This document shows, one piece after another, positions 38,001 through 49,978 of a stretch of DNA of 64,000 nucleotides (the stretch's first letter is position 1; each line of letters starts with the position of its first letter). The stretch comes from Sphaerodactylus townsendi. Lineage: Eukaryota. Location of the stretch: NCBI RefSeq assembly GCF_021028975.2, contig NC_059439.1:22816001-22880000 (forward strand), given 5' to 3'. Made by a program: the position numbers and the translations under genes. The notes beneath the pieces are model-generated. The model saw nothing but the letters and a program-made list of their open reading frames with translations. It searched no databases and had not been told where the DNA came from.

Positions 38001-39257
38001 CCCTGAGTTCGTGATTGGTGGAGGCACGCGAAACCGGGTGGCGCGACTTCGCCCAAGGCGACGGTCTCACCTTCGCGCACCCACGTTTTGGTGACACATG
38101 CCAGGTCCACCTGCTGGGCTCCAAGAAAGTCTTGGAGTACTATGGTCTTATTGTTGATGGACCTGGCATTAATCAACACCAAAGACGAAGGAGGGTGTCC
38201 CTGATCCCCGCCACCATCGTTTCTCGGGATAGGTCGGAGGTCAGAAGGCGAACGAGCATAGCCATATCTCATGCGCCTTCTATCATATTGCCGCCACCTA
38301 CCGCAATATCTACCCCGTCCCATCAACACAGGGATCCCAAGCCCCAGAATCGGTGCCCCCATGACTCTGCCAACCTCCCTCTACCCAAAAAGCCTGACCC
38401 CGCCAAGTAGTAAATCCAGCCCAGCCAGTCAAAACTAATCCAGGTGGACCTCTGCTTGGCTGGCAGGCAGGCAGACCAACAGGAGGATCTGTCCCAGGCA
38501 GGGCTGAACCGGCTGGCTGCCTTGGGCTGCTGGTGGAGCTCCTGTTGTAGCTGCCAGGCCCCACCCCTGCAGGTGTTTCCAATGGGGTGGGTGGGGAAGG
38601 ACTCTCACTCCTTCCCAGTGGCAGCAGGCGGCAGCTCACCCGGTGGACTTCTGCTTGGCTGGCAGGCAGGCAGACCAACAGGAGGGTCTGTCCCAGGCAG
38701 GGCTGAACAGGCTGGCTGCCTTGGGCTGCTGGTGGAGCTCCTGTTGTAGCTGCCAGGCCCCACCCCTGCAGGTGTTTCCAATGGGGTGGGTGGGGAAGGA
38801 CTCTCACTCCTTCCCAGTGGCAGCAGGCGGCAGCTCACCCGGTGGACTTCTGCTTGGCTGGCAGGCAGGCAGACCAACAGGAGGGTCTGTCCCAGGCAGG
38901 GCTGAACAGGCTGGCTGCCTTGGGCTGCTGGTTGAGCTCCTGTTGTAGCAGCAGGCGGCAGCTCACCCGGTGGACTTCTGCTTGGCTGGCAGGCAGGCAG
39001 ACCAACAGGAGGGTCTGTCCCAGGCAGGGCTGAACAAGCTGGCTGCCTTGGGCTGCTGGTGGAGCTCCTGTTGTAGCTGGAGCTCCTGTTGTAGCTGCCA
39101 GGCCCCACCCCTGCAGGTGTTTCCAATGGGGTGGGTGGGGAAGGACTCTCACTCCTTCCCAGTGGCAGCAGGCGGCAGCTCACCCGGTGGACTTCTGCTT
39201 GGCTGGCAGGCAGGCAGACCAACAGGAGGGTCTGTCCCAGGCAGGGCTGAACAGGCT
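35052..39257 (-). mobile_element. near full-length L2-clade LINE (APE endonuclease + RT), inactivated, in V2R intron 5
   Basis: EN motifs (NARS, GGGVA, VYRSP, GDFN, SDH), RT motifs (QSGFR, DLTAAFD, GVPQG, SADD in place of YADD) and C-terminal LDYCN/LHWLPV. Two frameshifts near 37630 and 37530, an in-frame TAG at 36166-36168, and a (TAAA)n tail. Confidence 0.92.
38441..39257. repeat. tandem ~199-bp monomers at the LINE 5' end
   Basis: GGTGGAC recurs at 38443, 38642, 38841, 38969 and 39186, giving units of 199, 199, 128, 217 bp and a partial one. Confidence 0.93.
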
Positions 39258-39364
39258 ATCAAGTACATGAATGACCATCCAAAAATTAGAGCTGTGCATT
39301 GCATTAGTCCACTTTGAATTAATCAAATAGTTGTTGCTGATTTCTTTTTGCTCTTTGTTTTCAG

Positions 39365-40278
39365 ATCTAGAGCAATGTGTATATTGTCCAGATGATCAAT
39401 ATCCAAACAAGGATCAGAAAAAATGTCTCCCTAAGTGGATCAGTTTTTTGTCCTATCAAGAGCCCCTGGCAATTGTATTGGTTGCATTTGTTGTTGCCTT
39501 TGCTTTGATCACAGCTTGTGTATTGTGGGTCTTTGTGAAGCACCACAGCACACCTATAGTGAAAGCCAACAACCGAGATCTCACGTACACGCTTCTCATC
39601 TTCCTCTTATTGTGCTTTCTCAGTTCTCTACTCTTCATTGGCTATCCTGGAAAAGTGACCTGCCTTTTCCGACAAAGCGCTTTTGGTACCATCTTCACTG
39701 TTTCAGTTTCTTGCATCTTGGCAAAAACCATCACTGTGGTTCTGGCTTTCATGGCCACCAAGCCGGGAAGCAGAATGAGGAAAGGGATGGGAAAACACCT
39801 GGCAAAATCTGTGATCATTTCCTGCTCGCTCATACAACTTTGTGTCTGTGCTGTGTGGTTGGGAACCTCTCCTCCATTCCCAGAGCTTGACATGCATTCC
39901 CAAAGTGACCAGATCATAGCAAAATGCAATGAAGGTTCTGTCAGCTTGTTTTACACTGTCTTAGGTTATATGGGTATTCTTGCACTCATCAGTTTCATTG
40001 TGGCATTCCTAGCCAGGAAGCTGCCTGATACTTTCAATGAAGCCAAGTTCATCACCTTCAGCATGTTGGTGTTTTGCAGTGTTTGGCTATCTTTTGTTCC
40101 CACCTATCTGAGCACCAAAGGGAAATATATGGTAGCTGTAGAGATCTTCTCCATTTTAGCTTCTAGTGTTGGATTACTGAGTTTCACATTTTTCCCTAAA
40201 TGCTATATCATTGTTCTGAAATCTAACATGAACACAAGAGAACTTCTGATGCAGAAAAGAAAGAGTGCTATGTTTTGA
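39365..40278 (+). CDS. V2R exon 6 (7TM domain)
   Basis: TTTTCAG|(D)[42 protein letters not shown]; stop at 40278. AATAAA at 41015. Confidence 0.96.
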
Positions 40279-41574
40279 CCTTTTTTATGACTATTTATTT
40301 GGGTAAGTCATAACAGTTCCTGGCATGGAATTTAGTTGAAATGGCGGTGATACACAAATACACATGCAGTCAACTACATCTGCAAAGTAATATTTGATAT
40401 GGACTGTGCTTATTTATAGGAATGGACATACATGTTAAAATAATTCAGAATTTCTAAATGTTTGGAATTTCGTTGAAGACAATAGGAACCTTCCACCTCC
40501 CACTAGAACAAGACATACTTCTTTTTTAAAAAAAGTTTTCCTCATCCTCTTGTGGAATTCTCAATGCTTGTGCCAACCTCAAACAGCTTAGTATAAGGGA
40601 GACTAAGTTCAAAATGGGAGGGGGGTACTTTAAGTCAACTACATCCCTCTTGGAAGTATATGGAAGTAAGGACATTTGGTGATCTTAAACCATCCAGTCT
40701 GTGCCCAATTATGTCCTGGAATGCCAACGATTCCTTGATTGAAGGTTAGATGCTTAATTTAGGCTTCAAGTACTCAAAAGGACTCACTCAAAAGTGATGA
40801 CTCCATTTCTAAAAGGAATCCACTTCTACAAGGAGCTTTTATGTGTAAAACAGATGGGGAGGGGAAGGAATGGATGCATTTTTCTCCTGAGAGGTGTGTT
40901 TTATCACAATTCCTTATTTTTACAGGAATAATTTAAAAAAACCTTTCCAATTGTTCAAGAGAATGCTTGGTAATGTCTGTCACCTAAATGAAATAGTGTC
41001 TGTTTTTAAAACCTAATAAAAGCAATTGATCATTTTTTTAAAGAGCAAATGTAGCAAATGCACAACAGGTATCTGTTTTATTTTTATGTTAACATACTCT
41101 AAAAGGGTTCCATACTAAATGTAAGATATAAACAATACCAATTAACCTAAAATCTACTAATATACTATTTGAAATTCTTCTTCTTCTTGAATATTTTGTA
41201 AAAAAAAATATATATGGCATTGAATTAACATGTGAATGAAAAGTTGGATGAGGTGTTTGGAAAAGTGAACTGAGAATGTTTTAGCTAAGGAAATTTGGAA
41301 GATATCCTCAATTCACAAAGTCAAGGTTCTCCAGGACAGTAGGTATTTTTGCAGAACCTCCTTCCAATGAAGGAGCCAGTTCTGAGAAGTACTGTTCCTA
41401 AAAATAACACAGGACATTGAAAATGCCATTCGCCAAACCTATTCAATGTCTTGCCAAAAATAACTTTTAAATTACTCAAAGACACGTGTATGTACTTTAA
41501 TCAATCATGTATGTGTAAAGTACCATGAATTCTCAGGTGACTTATAAAAATCCCAGGTAGAGCATGTCAAGGCA

Positions 41575-41690
41575 AGTGAACAAGCAGATGGGTTTTGCCA
41601 TTGCCATCCTGTGCAGAGTTTTCCTTGGTCGTCTCCCTTCCAAGTACCAAACCAGCTTAGCTTCCAAGATCTAATGACACTGGCACATTG
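41575..41690 (-). mobile_element. 5S rRNA-derived SINE fragment
   Basis: Reverse complement contains GATCTTGGAAGCTAAGC...GTACTTGGAAGGGAGACGACCAAGGAA (5S A and C boxes). Confidence 0.6.
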
Positions 41691-42692
41691 CACACCCCAA
41701 CCAAAGTCATAATCATGTACAATTTAGACATTTGAAGGTTAATTAGATGGAATTTGTCTCTGCAGTATTTAACAGTAGCATCTCATAATCTTCCCACTAC
41801 TTTCCTGTCACCATTATTGGAAAATGTTCCAGAATGCCACAAATCTCACACAGTCCCTAATTTAAAAAAAATGGAGAAGGTCATGTCAAACCCTGCATTT
41901 CCTGATGAGTATGGAAATCAGCTTCTCAGAACACCTCCTACCTCGCAAAGGAAAATACCATTAAAATTTGTCTGTAAATATAAGCCATCTCTCCCTCCCC
42001 ACTTTGATGGCATACCTGGAAAGTGACCTAGTGTCTCTTTGGAGTAATTACTGTTTATAAGAAATTTAAAGAGTAACTATATGAAATGTGTATATAAGCA
42101 CCTTTGGATCTATCATTTTGATTTGTTTTGTCAGTGTTTTAATGGTAACATATGGACTGGGCTCTAGAACAACTTGTTGAAAATCAGTCACACATACACA
42201 TCAAACAGATATATATTTCTGAAATTAAGGCATTATTGGAACCAGGTTGCTTTTGATAATAGGTCTGAGTAAACATTGGGAAACATTGGGAACATTGGGA
42301 AACATTGGGAAATGTAGCAAAAAATGGACTTGGTTTTTGACAAGCTGCCACATTCTGTTTTACTTAAACCATTCAGAGTAGTACATATGATTGGATCAAA
42401 CCTGCTTTTTCACTCCATCTTACTTTATTACCTTCACATCACACACACAGTTTTTACCCACAAGTTCTGTGATCTTAGCACAGATTGTTTGGTGATCAAA
42501 AGGGATCCCCTCCTATCTTTTATTCCACTGGAAAAAAAGACACATGTAGCCACCCCTTGTGTGCATTTTCACAGCTTTGTCACTGCAAAAGCAATCATGC
42601 TGTAAGAGGAAAAATAGTGGCATAAAGCTAGTCTTGTTTTACCACAATACGTTTCAGTTTGTTTCTGGTAATTTTAACCTTTTTGTTTAAAA

Positions 42693-43628
42693 TCACCTTG
42701 AAGGAATTGCTTTTCTCTGCATTGCTTTGGTTAAGGTCTCTCTTACTTCCCTGTTCCGAAGGCCGTAGATCATTGGGTTAAGAAATGGAGCCACCACAGT
42801 GTACAGGATGGACACCATCTTGTTGAGGTCAAAGGTTCCAATGGCCTTTGGCCGAGCATACATGAATATGGTGGTGGCATAGAACATGGAAACAATGGTC
42901 AAGTGTGAGACACAGGTAGAAAAGGCTTTGCGTTTCCCCTTGGCAGAAGGGATTTTTGCCACTGTACAAAAGATGCATATGTAAGATGTCCCAGTCACTA
43001 ACAGTGAAGTCATCAGGACTGCTAGAGCTGCCACAAAATCCAGCAGTTCAATTAATGAGGTATCTGTGCATGACAGCCTCAACAAAGGAGAGATATCACA
43101 GAAGAAGTGCCGGATGGTGTTTTTATTGCAAAACTGCAAATTGGACATCATAATTACAGAAGGGAAACAAGCCAGAAAACCCCCTAGCCAGGAAGCGAGG
43201 CTCAGAGTCATGTAGGCTCTGTGATTCATCAATGATGTATAATGTAATGGACAGCAAATGGCTAAATACCGATCATAAGCCATTGATGCCAAAAGGAAAC
43301 ATTCAGAAGAAGCCAAGGATAGGAAAAAATACAGCTGAGTGAGGCAGCCCCCCAAAGTGATAATCTTCTCACCCAATAACAGATTGGAGAACAATTTGGG
43401 CATTGTTACTGAGACATAAAAGATTTCTAAAATTGAGAGGTTTCCTAAGAAGAAATACATCGGAGTGCGAAGATGAATGTTCAACCAAATTGTCACAATG
43501 AGAAGGACATTTTCCAGAAGAGTTAAAAGGTAGATGGTGAAGAACAATGCAAACAATAGTAGCTGATGCTGTGGGAGCTCAGAAAAACCCATAATGATGA
43601 ATTCCAAGTGTGAGGTTCCATTTTTCAT
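42693..43628 (-). CDS. olfactory receptor, family-6-like, intact 311 aa
   Basis: Motifs NGT, LRTPMYFFL, MAYDRYLAIC, HFFCD, KAFSTCVSHL, NPMIYGLRN. Confidence 0.96.
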   Translation of the reverse strand: MKNGTSHLEFIIMGFSELPQHQLLLFALFFTIYLLTLLENVLLIVTIWLNIHLRTPMYFFLGNLSILEIFYVSVTMPKLFSNLLLGEKIITLGGCLTQLYFFLSLASSECFLLASMAYDRYLAICCPLHYTSLMNHRAYMTLSLASWLGGFLACFPSVIMMSNLQFCNKNTIRHFFCDISPLLRLSCTDTSLIELLDFVAALAVLMTSLLVTGTSYICIFCTVAKIPSAKGKRKAFSTCVSHLTIVSMFYATTIFMYARPKAIGTFDLNKMVSILYTVVAPFLNPMIYGLRNREVRETLTKAMQRKAIPSR

Positions 43629-45104
43629 TTTCTTGTGTGCACTTTCTTACTTCGTCAATGTTTAGAAAAGAAAAGAACTTGCTGAACAAAACAAAACAGA
43701 GTGTTAAGCATTTTGTAATTATGAACATTCATGAAGTTGTTGATCAGTAAATGTATACATATAGTAGTGGGGAAAGGCAAAATAATAAATGTACTCAAAT
43801 ATGAAATGCAACACATCAAATAAGTAAGTACAATATTTTTGAATTAATCCAACAACTCCCTAGCACAATGTGAGTAGTCTTATTGCAGCAGTGGGAACCT
43901 TGTTTTGGAAGAGAAGGTTTGCTCCATCTGGACATATCTCCTTGCTTAGTAGAGGAGTATTGTGACTTGACTAGCCTGTTCTCATCAGAGATTAGAAGCT
44001 AAGCAGTATCAACCCTGGTTAGTACTCTGATGGAATGTTACCCAAAATGAAGGGATCTGGCCCCTTTTAGAGTGGGGAATTAGCAGGAGCAGACCTTACA
44101 AAAGTCTGGGTAAGCTTGAGACCTTTTCTACCAAAGTTTACAAATTAGTGTCCTTAAGAAATCCACAGGAGAACAGAGTAAAAATTTAACATTTTTAAAG
44201 GAAAATAATTCAAATACACAAGCACACAAAAATATACCAGCAGAGAATTAATATGTAGATAGTAGATAGTATTGAAGGTGTAAGTTTGGAGAACGGTAGG
44301 AGATTTTGGTGATTTTAGAGTTGATATTTACCAGATCCTGAGGAGGCTTTGGTTCAAGTAGCAGAGGCCAGCAGCCTGCATTGATAGAAATTGGCTCCAC
44401 CAGCCATGCCCCTAGCCTGCCCCTGCTGCACACTGGCAAGGGCAAGAACATAGGGATGCTGATGAACCATGTTCTGTACCATGTTCCATTGCTGGGGAGA
44501 GTGGTGGCAGCAGCACACTAGTGTGTGTAGCCACATGTTACTTTCATCAGTGGATTTGCCCCCCACCCTGGATGGGGCCATGAATCTTCTGTGAAAATAC
44601 TAGAACTGTTAACATTGGTAGATACTTTATACATGAATATCATGTAATAATATAACAATAAAACTAAAGAACTGGGCAAGTTATGCTTTTCTATTCTGGC
44701 TGGTTTCAACACAGTTACACTGCAATCCTAAGCAGTTATACCATCCGAGTCAATGGACTTGAATGGACAGGGGAAAAAATGAAATGCTTAGAAGGGCACT
44801 GTAAACATATTCTGTGGGTCACGCCCTCTTTTGAAAACACAAGTCAAATAAAAAGAGCAGTTTGTTTACCTACACAGTTATGCTGTAAGGAATCCTTCGG
44901 GAAAGAATAAATCTTTGTCAATTGTTGCACCTGTTTTCCAGGAGCAGCTGTAAACAATAGCACAGATTCAGCTCTATGTAACTCTGAAGTTCCATAGATC
45001 TACATATTCTATCCTCCCTTTAAAAAGGCACAAATCAAGAAATGACTTTTCAAATACAGATTGTGGGTTCTACTTATACTTAATTTCTAAGAAACATTTG
45101 GAAT

Positions 45105-45320
45105 GTAAATGCTAATGAATTAAAAGATCTGGCACTTTCCCCCAGGGATAATTTTTCACATCTCATATCAATCTGCTAATAAGTCTACAAGGATACTTAG
45201 AATAATAGCACATGATGTTAGCATAATTTTCTCTCCTAATCCCTTTCTTCTCTTTTGTCTACCTTGGCCTTTTTACAGAATTGGTGAGATGTATTTATAG
45301 TTTCCAGGGGCTGTCTTCTG
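45105..45320 (-). promoter_or_regulatory. candidate promoter of the minus-strand OR
   Basis: Consensus O/E site CCCCAGGGA (45140-45148) abutting TAATT, plus TAATGA and TTCCAGGGG, about 1.5 kb upstream of the ATG. Confidence 0.4.
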
Positions 45321-45613
45321 AAGTGAAGGCCACTGAGAGCAGTGGGGCAGGCCAGTTATCACACTGCAGTCTGCATCAAATGAATCCAGGATCCTGTGTA
45401 ATAGCCTTACTTGAGTTTCTCAGTTCCTACACATATAATGCTCAATTCAGAGTGGGACAGTGGGACACAAGGCAATGAGGCTCAGTCTTGCTTTGTATGA
45501 CTTTTTCCTGACCTGAAATGAATAATTGGGGCAGCATTATTGGACATGGTGGGAAAACCCACATGAACACACAAGTTTCCCCAACAGCAACATTCCTGCA
45601 CCAGTTCAACCTA

Positions 45614-45771
45614 GGCCCCTTCCACACATGCAGAATAATGCACTTTCAACCAACTTGAAATGAAATGAAACTTTAAATGCACTTTGCAGCTGTAAGGAAT
45701 AGCAAAATCCACTTGCAAACAACTGTGAAAGTGGATTGAAAGTGCATTATTCTGCATGTGTGGAAGGGGCC
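45614..45771. mobile_element. short palindromic Harbinger-type MITE
   Basis: TIR GGCCCCTTCCACACATGCAGAATAATGCACTTTCAA; TSD CTA. Confidence 0.88.
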
Positions 45772-45782
45772 CTAGTCTCTAA

Positions 45783-45922
45783 GGTCCCTTCTGCACATGC
45801 AGAATAATGTACTTTCAACCCACTTTCACAATTGTTTGCAAGTGGATTTTGCTATTCTGCACAGGAAAATCCAGCTGCAAAGTGAATTGAAAATTCATTA
45901 TTCTGAATGTGCGGAAGGGGCC
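45783..45922. mobile_element. short palindromic Harbinger-type MITE
   Basis: Same family; TSD TAA. Confidence 0.88.
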
Positions 45923-46196
45923 TAAGATGCTTCAACCCTCTTGTGTACAAATGTCTCACTACATTATGCTCTCTACATTATGTATACATTATGCTTAACT
46001 ATACAACATTTTGCAAAATCTATTTTTTTTAAAAAAAACTCTCTGGATCTTAAAATTTGGAGCCTATCCAACTGCAGAACAAGCAACCCACCCAGAATGT
46101 GTTGGCCAATTTAAAAAAGGAATCCCCCAGAAATTCAACTTCGAAATTTTGTTAGACAGATGGAAAGAAAGCATTTTATCTTCCTTTCAAAATTCT

Positions 46197-46373
46197 NNNN
46201 NNNNNNNNNNNNNNNNNNNNNNNNNNNNNNNNNNNNNNNNNNNNNNNNNNNNNNNNNNNNNNNNNNNNNNNNNNNNNNNNNNNNNNNNNNNNNNNNNNNN
46301 NNNNNNNNNNNNNNNNNNNNNNNNNNNNNNNNNNNNNNNNNNNNNNNNNNNNNNNNNNNNNNNNNNNNNNNNN
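46197..46373. other. assembly gap
   Basis: N run. Confidence 1.
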
Positions 46374-46679
46374 CCCTGAAGGTTCTTCAGATAGTATCTT
46401 AATGATGTGTTGAAAAATATTTAATTTATAAGGGCAAATCTCTAGACTGAGCATGAACTGAGGGGGTTTTATGAAAGGCCCAGGTCTTTTTTTTTACGAC
46501 AGTATTTTAAAAGTGTGAGAACATGTTTGGATGGATAGTTAATAATTTTAATTATACTCTGAACCACAGCCCAGTATATAAGAAGCTATGGTATAATCTT
46601 TGGTACAAGAGGAAGGGGATGATTGAAGCCCCTTGTTTGTCCTCTCCTTTAACGTATCTGCATAAAAGGGAAGGTTGGA

Positions 46680-46815
46680 TGGTATAGCCTGATCTTCTCA
46701 GATCTTGGAAGCTAAGCAGGATCAGTACTTGAAAGGGTGACAGGAAGGAAGATCTGCAGTGGAAGGCAAAGGAAAACTACCTTTCTTGCTGGGGTCACCC
46801 TAAATCATCTGCAAC
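46680..46815 (+). mobile_element. 5S rRNA-derived SINE
   Basis: TAGCCTGATCTTCTCAGATCTTGGAAGCTAAGCAGG..AGTACTTG. Related copies near 43965 and 49460. Confidence 0.6.
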
Positions 46816-46939
46816 TTAACCACACCTTACACACACCATTTATCTGCATGTGGCAACTGTACACAGTCTTACTATGTGTGTTTAGCAACACATGCATTTG
46901 ATACATGTATTTGACATGCGATGAGTACAGAGAAACATA

Positions 46940-47190
46940 CCTTTTCTGCAACCACTGCCTCATGGTAGGCCTGATAATGAGCTCTTGCCAGTCTCTGGTC
47001 TGATCCACACCACAATTTTTGCCACCTAGCTCAAGCCATTGCCCCTCCTGCTTCATTACACTCAGATCTTTAGTGTACCATGGTCTTGAAAGGGCTCTGC
47101 CAGCATGGTAAGGGTGTTTGGAAGTAATTGTGTTGATGAGCCTTCTGATCTCACTATTCCAAAGTGAGGCCAAAGTCTCTACAAGTGTGC
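46940..47190 (-). mobile_element. decayed L2 LINE fragment
   Basis: PWYTKDLSVMKQEGQWLE resembles PWYTEELRRMKRGLRRLE of the L2 at 35052. Confidence 0.55.
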
Positions 47191-48320
47191 CAGACATGTA
47201 ACCCAGAAAACCCACCAGGGCTTGCCCAAGGTCACCCAGCACCATGTGTGGGAGTGGGGAAACAAACCTGGTTCACCAGAGTAGTCTGCCACTTGGGGAG
47301 AAGCAGGGAATCAAAATCAGTTCTTCAGATTACAACCCATCATTCTTCACCACTATACCACGCTGGATCCAGGAACCAAATTGAAGTGCCAAACAGTATT
47401 CAAGGTAAATCTTTATTTACCGGGGGGGGGGGTAGAGCAGAATACAGGTTATGCAGTGTATTATGGGTGGGGTTTTTTGAAAAAAAATTGGTCCAGTTGC
47501 ATATTGCTAAAATCTCATGGTTTTCTCTTTTTTCGATCATCGGTAATAGGTCACATGAGGTAAGTCAGTAACATCATGCATACATAAAAGGTATCGTGGA
47601 AATCTGGACACTTTGAAAACTTTTTTTACTTCAAAAGATGATTAATTCTTCGGGGGATGAAATAGCAGAGCCCCTGAAGCACTTGTTAAGTTAGAAATGA
47701 AGCCTCAAGAGAATCTGTGCTGTAATAAAGGTTCTTCTTTCAGTCTCCTGCATCTCCATTCAAAAGAATCATATAGGCGGACTTCTGTCCTGGAACGGAA
47801 GAAAAGAGATAGTGTTTCTCTCTTCCCAAAATACTTGGAAATAGAAAGAAGATTGGAATAGTGTATGACTGGATGGATGGATGTCTGAATGAGTGATCAC
47901 AATCAAAGTGATACGATTAGGTTAGGGTTGGCATATCAATCGTTGTCATATTGTGTCTAGAAAATAAAGAAGCAAAGAGTTGGTAAGTGACTCAATTTTA
48001 TTTTTATTTGTACCTATGTAATTTGGGATAATGTACACCTTTCATATTTTAATCCATTAGAAGATACTCCTCTGTGTAGCTTGTTGCTATATCCTCTGAG
48101 CATTTACTTAAAAAGTCAATGACTCTAGAGAAAATAGAGGGAATTGATAAGGTGACGAAATGGCATATTTAGATAGATAAAGGGTTGAAACAAAATTTGA
48201 GAATGACAGATGATAATAGGTCTTCACATCAAAATCCACCAAGTTGAATGTAGAACATTGACCTTATAATATAATAGAATTTGGAACTTGGAATTTCACT
48301 CTGAACAGCTATCAAGAAGG
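47190..48320 (+). repeat. copy A of the duplicated OR upstream block
   Basis: Collinear similarity to about 55600-56450 and 60740-61890. Confidence 0.85.
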
Positions 48321-49677
48321 ACTGAAATTTTAATTCAATCTAATTTTATGGCCCACATTTTCAACATGACCCCAGCAAAACCAAATGAAGAATACCAATT
48401 ACGTTCTGGATCATTAGGAATATCTGTTTGATTCTCCTGAGTTGGATCCAGCCAGCTGTTTACTCAAGCTTTCCTAATACTCTTCTCCTTACTATAGTCC
48501 CTATCCCTCTTGTCTGTACAGCTCCTATGATCAACAGTGCAAACTTTTTGGGGAGTCAAAGTGTTACCCCAAATGCTGGGATGTGTCCCTTTTAGAATGG
48601 GGAATTAGCAGAGTCAAGCCCAAGTAAAATGAGATCTTTACCACCAAAATTTACAGAGGTTAATTCCCTCAAAAATCCACAGTAACCCAGAGTAAAGGTG
48701 TAACAATTTTATTAGGAGGTAAAATAACATCAATAAAATAATAAACAAATACACAAATCAAAGCACACAAGAGAATTCACACCGTCCTGTAATACAGAGG
48801 TCATGTATAATGCAGAGAAAAACAATTCCTTAAACAAGCCTGTTGAGTATACTGTCAGAAAAGGATGATGGAGACCCAAGTTTAGACCCCAATTCTGACA
48901 TGGGAGCTCACATGGGGGCCAGTCATGTTCAGCCTATCCTGGATATTACTTCGTTCAGCAGACATTTCTTCTTAGCATCTGCTCTCTTATGTTTTACAAT
49001 TGGATGATAAAAAAGAATATCCAAATCTGGTTTAATATCACCACTCCACATTTTGGTGATTTACAATTTGGTGACTGCATTCCTATGCAAGTTGGGACAG
49101 ATGGCAGAAAAATGAAATACATGGAAAAAGGAAAATAAAAATGCACTTGGGTGGTCAAAAATACCATCAACTATACAACTAGCATAATATACTATAATGA
49201 AATGCAAATACTGCAAATTCCTATACAAATATGCAACATATTCCTATGCAACATATTCCTATGCAACATATAACAGAATGCACATTCCTATGCAACATAT
49301 AACAGTCAATGTAGGTGTCCTCAGAATTATACTACAGATATCGTGACATCTACTACCCAATTGAACTTCCAATGTTCGGCATAGGTGTTGCCCTGATTGC
49401 ACAAATTTGTGGGGGGTTTTTGTCACTATCTGATTTTTTAAAGTATCTGGATAAGCCCAGGTAGCCTGATCACATCAGATCTCATGAGCTGAGCAGTATC
49501 AGCCCTGATAAGTATTTGAATGGGAAACCACCAAGGAATATGAGGGTTATTATGTCAAAGCAGGCAACGGCATCTCTGAATGACTCTTGCTTTGAAAATC
49601 CTAAATCCTAAAGGATTGTTATAAGTTGGCTAAACTTGACAGCAAAAACCCGCAAACATGATTACCGTTCTTATATT

Positions 49678-49797
49678 ATGAAACTCTGCATGGGACAAAA
49701 ACAGCAGTGTGAAAATTGTATGAAAATCGTGTAAACCCTTTTACACCCTTTTAAACCATTTTCACACCACTATTTTTGGTCCATGCAGAATCTGCAT
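49678..49797. mobile_element. palindromic MITE
   Basis: Inverted arms CTGCATGGGACAAAAACAGCAGTGTGAAAA / TTTTCACACCACTATTTTTGGTCCATGCAG. Confidence 0.6.
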
Positions 49798-49978
49798 AAG
49801 ATAGTAAACTGAAACAATACATGTAGGATCCCCATATCCTGCTAGTAATTCAAAATGGAGAAGTGGAAGTGTGCTGAGAAGTGTTTAAAAATGTGTGTTT
49901 TATGCCTTTTGATTAAGGGAAAGAAACACATTTTGAAACAATAGACTGAAGAGTTCAAAAATTTGCTGTTACTAAGCT

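Noticed and set aside
38310-39317. Repetitive ORFs in the monomer array as a possible ORF1 or CRISPR-like array
   Set aside because: The 199-bp unit is not a multiple of 3, the frames shift, and there are no unique spacers.
42271-42312. Short (AAACATTGGG)n repeat, and TTCCTATGCAACATA repeats near 49220-49305
   Set aside because: Ordinary slippage minisatellites with no supporting context.
44036-44612. TGTTA...TAACA LTR-like repeat with relatives near 48563 and 52070
   Set aside because: Similarity is visible, but boundaries and TSD could not be fixed confidently.
43965-49645. 5S rRNA-like sequences as rRNA genes
   Set aside because: They are partial, diverged and attached to SINE-like bodies.
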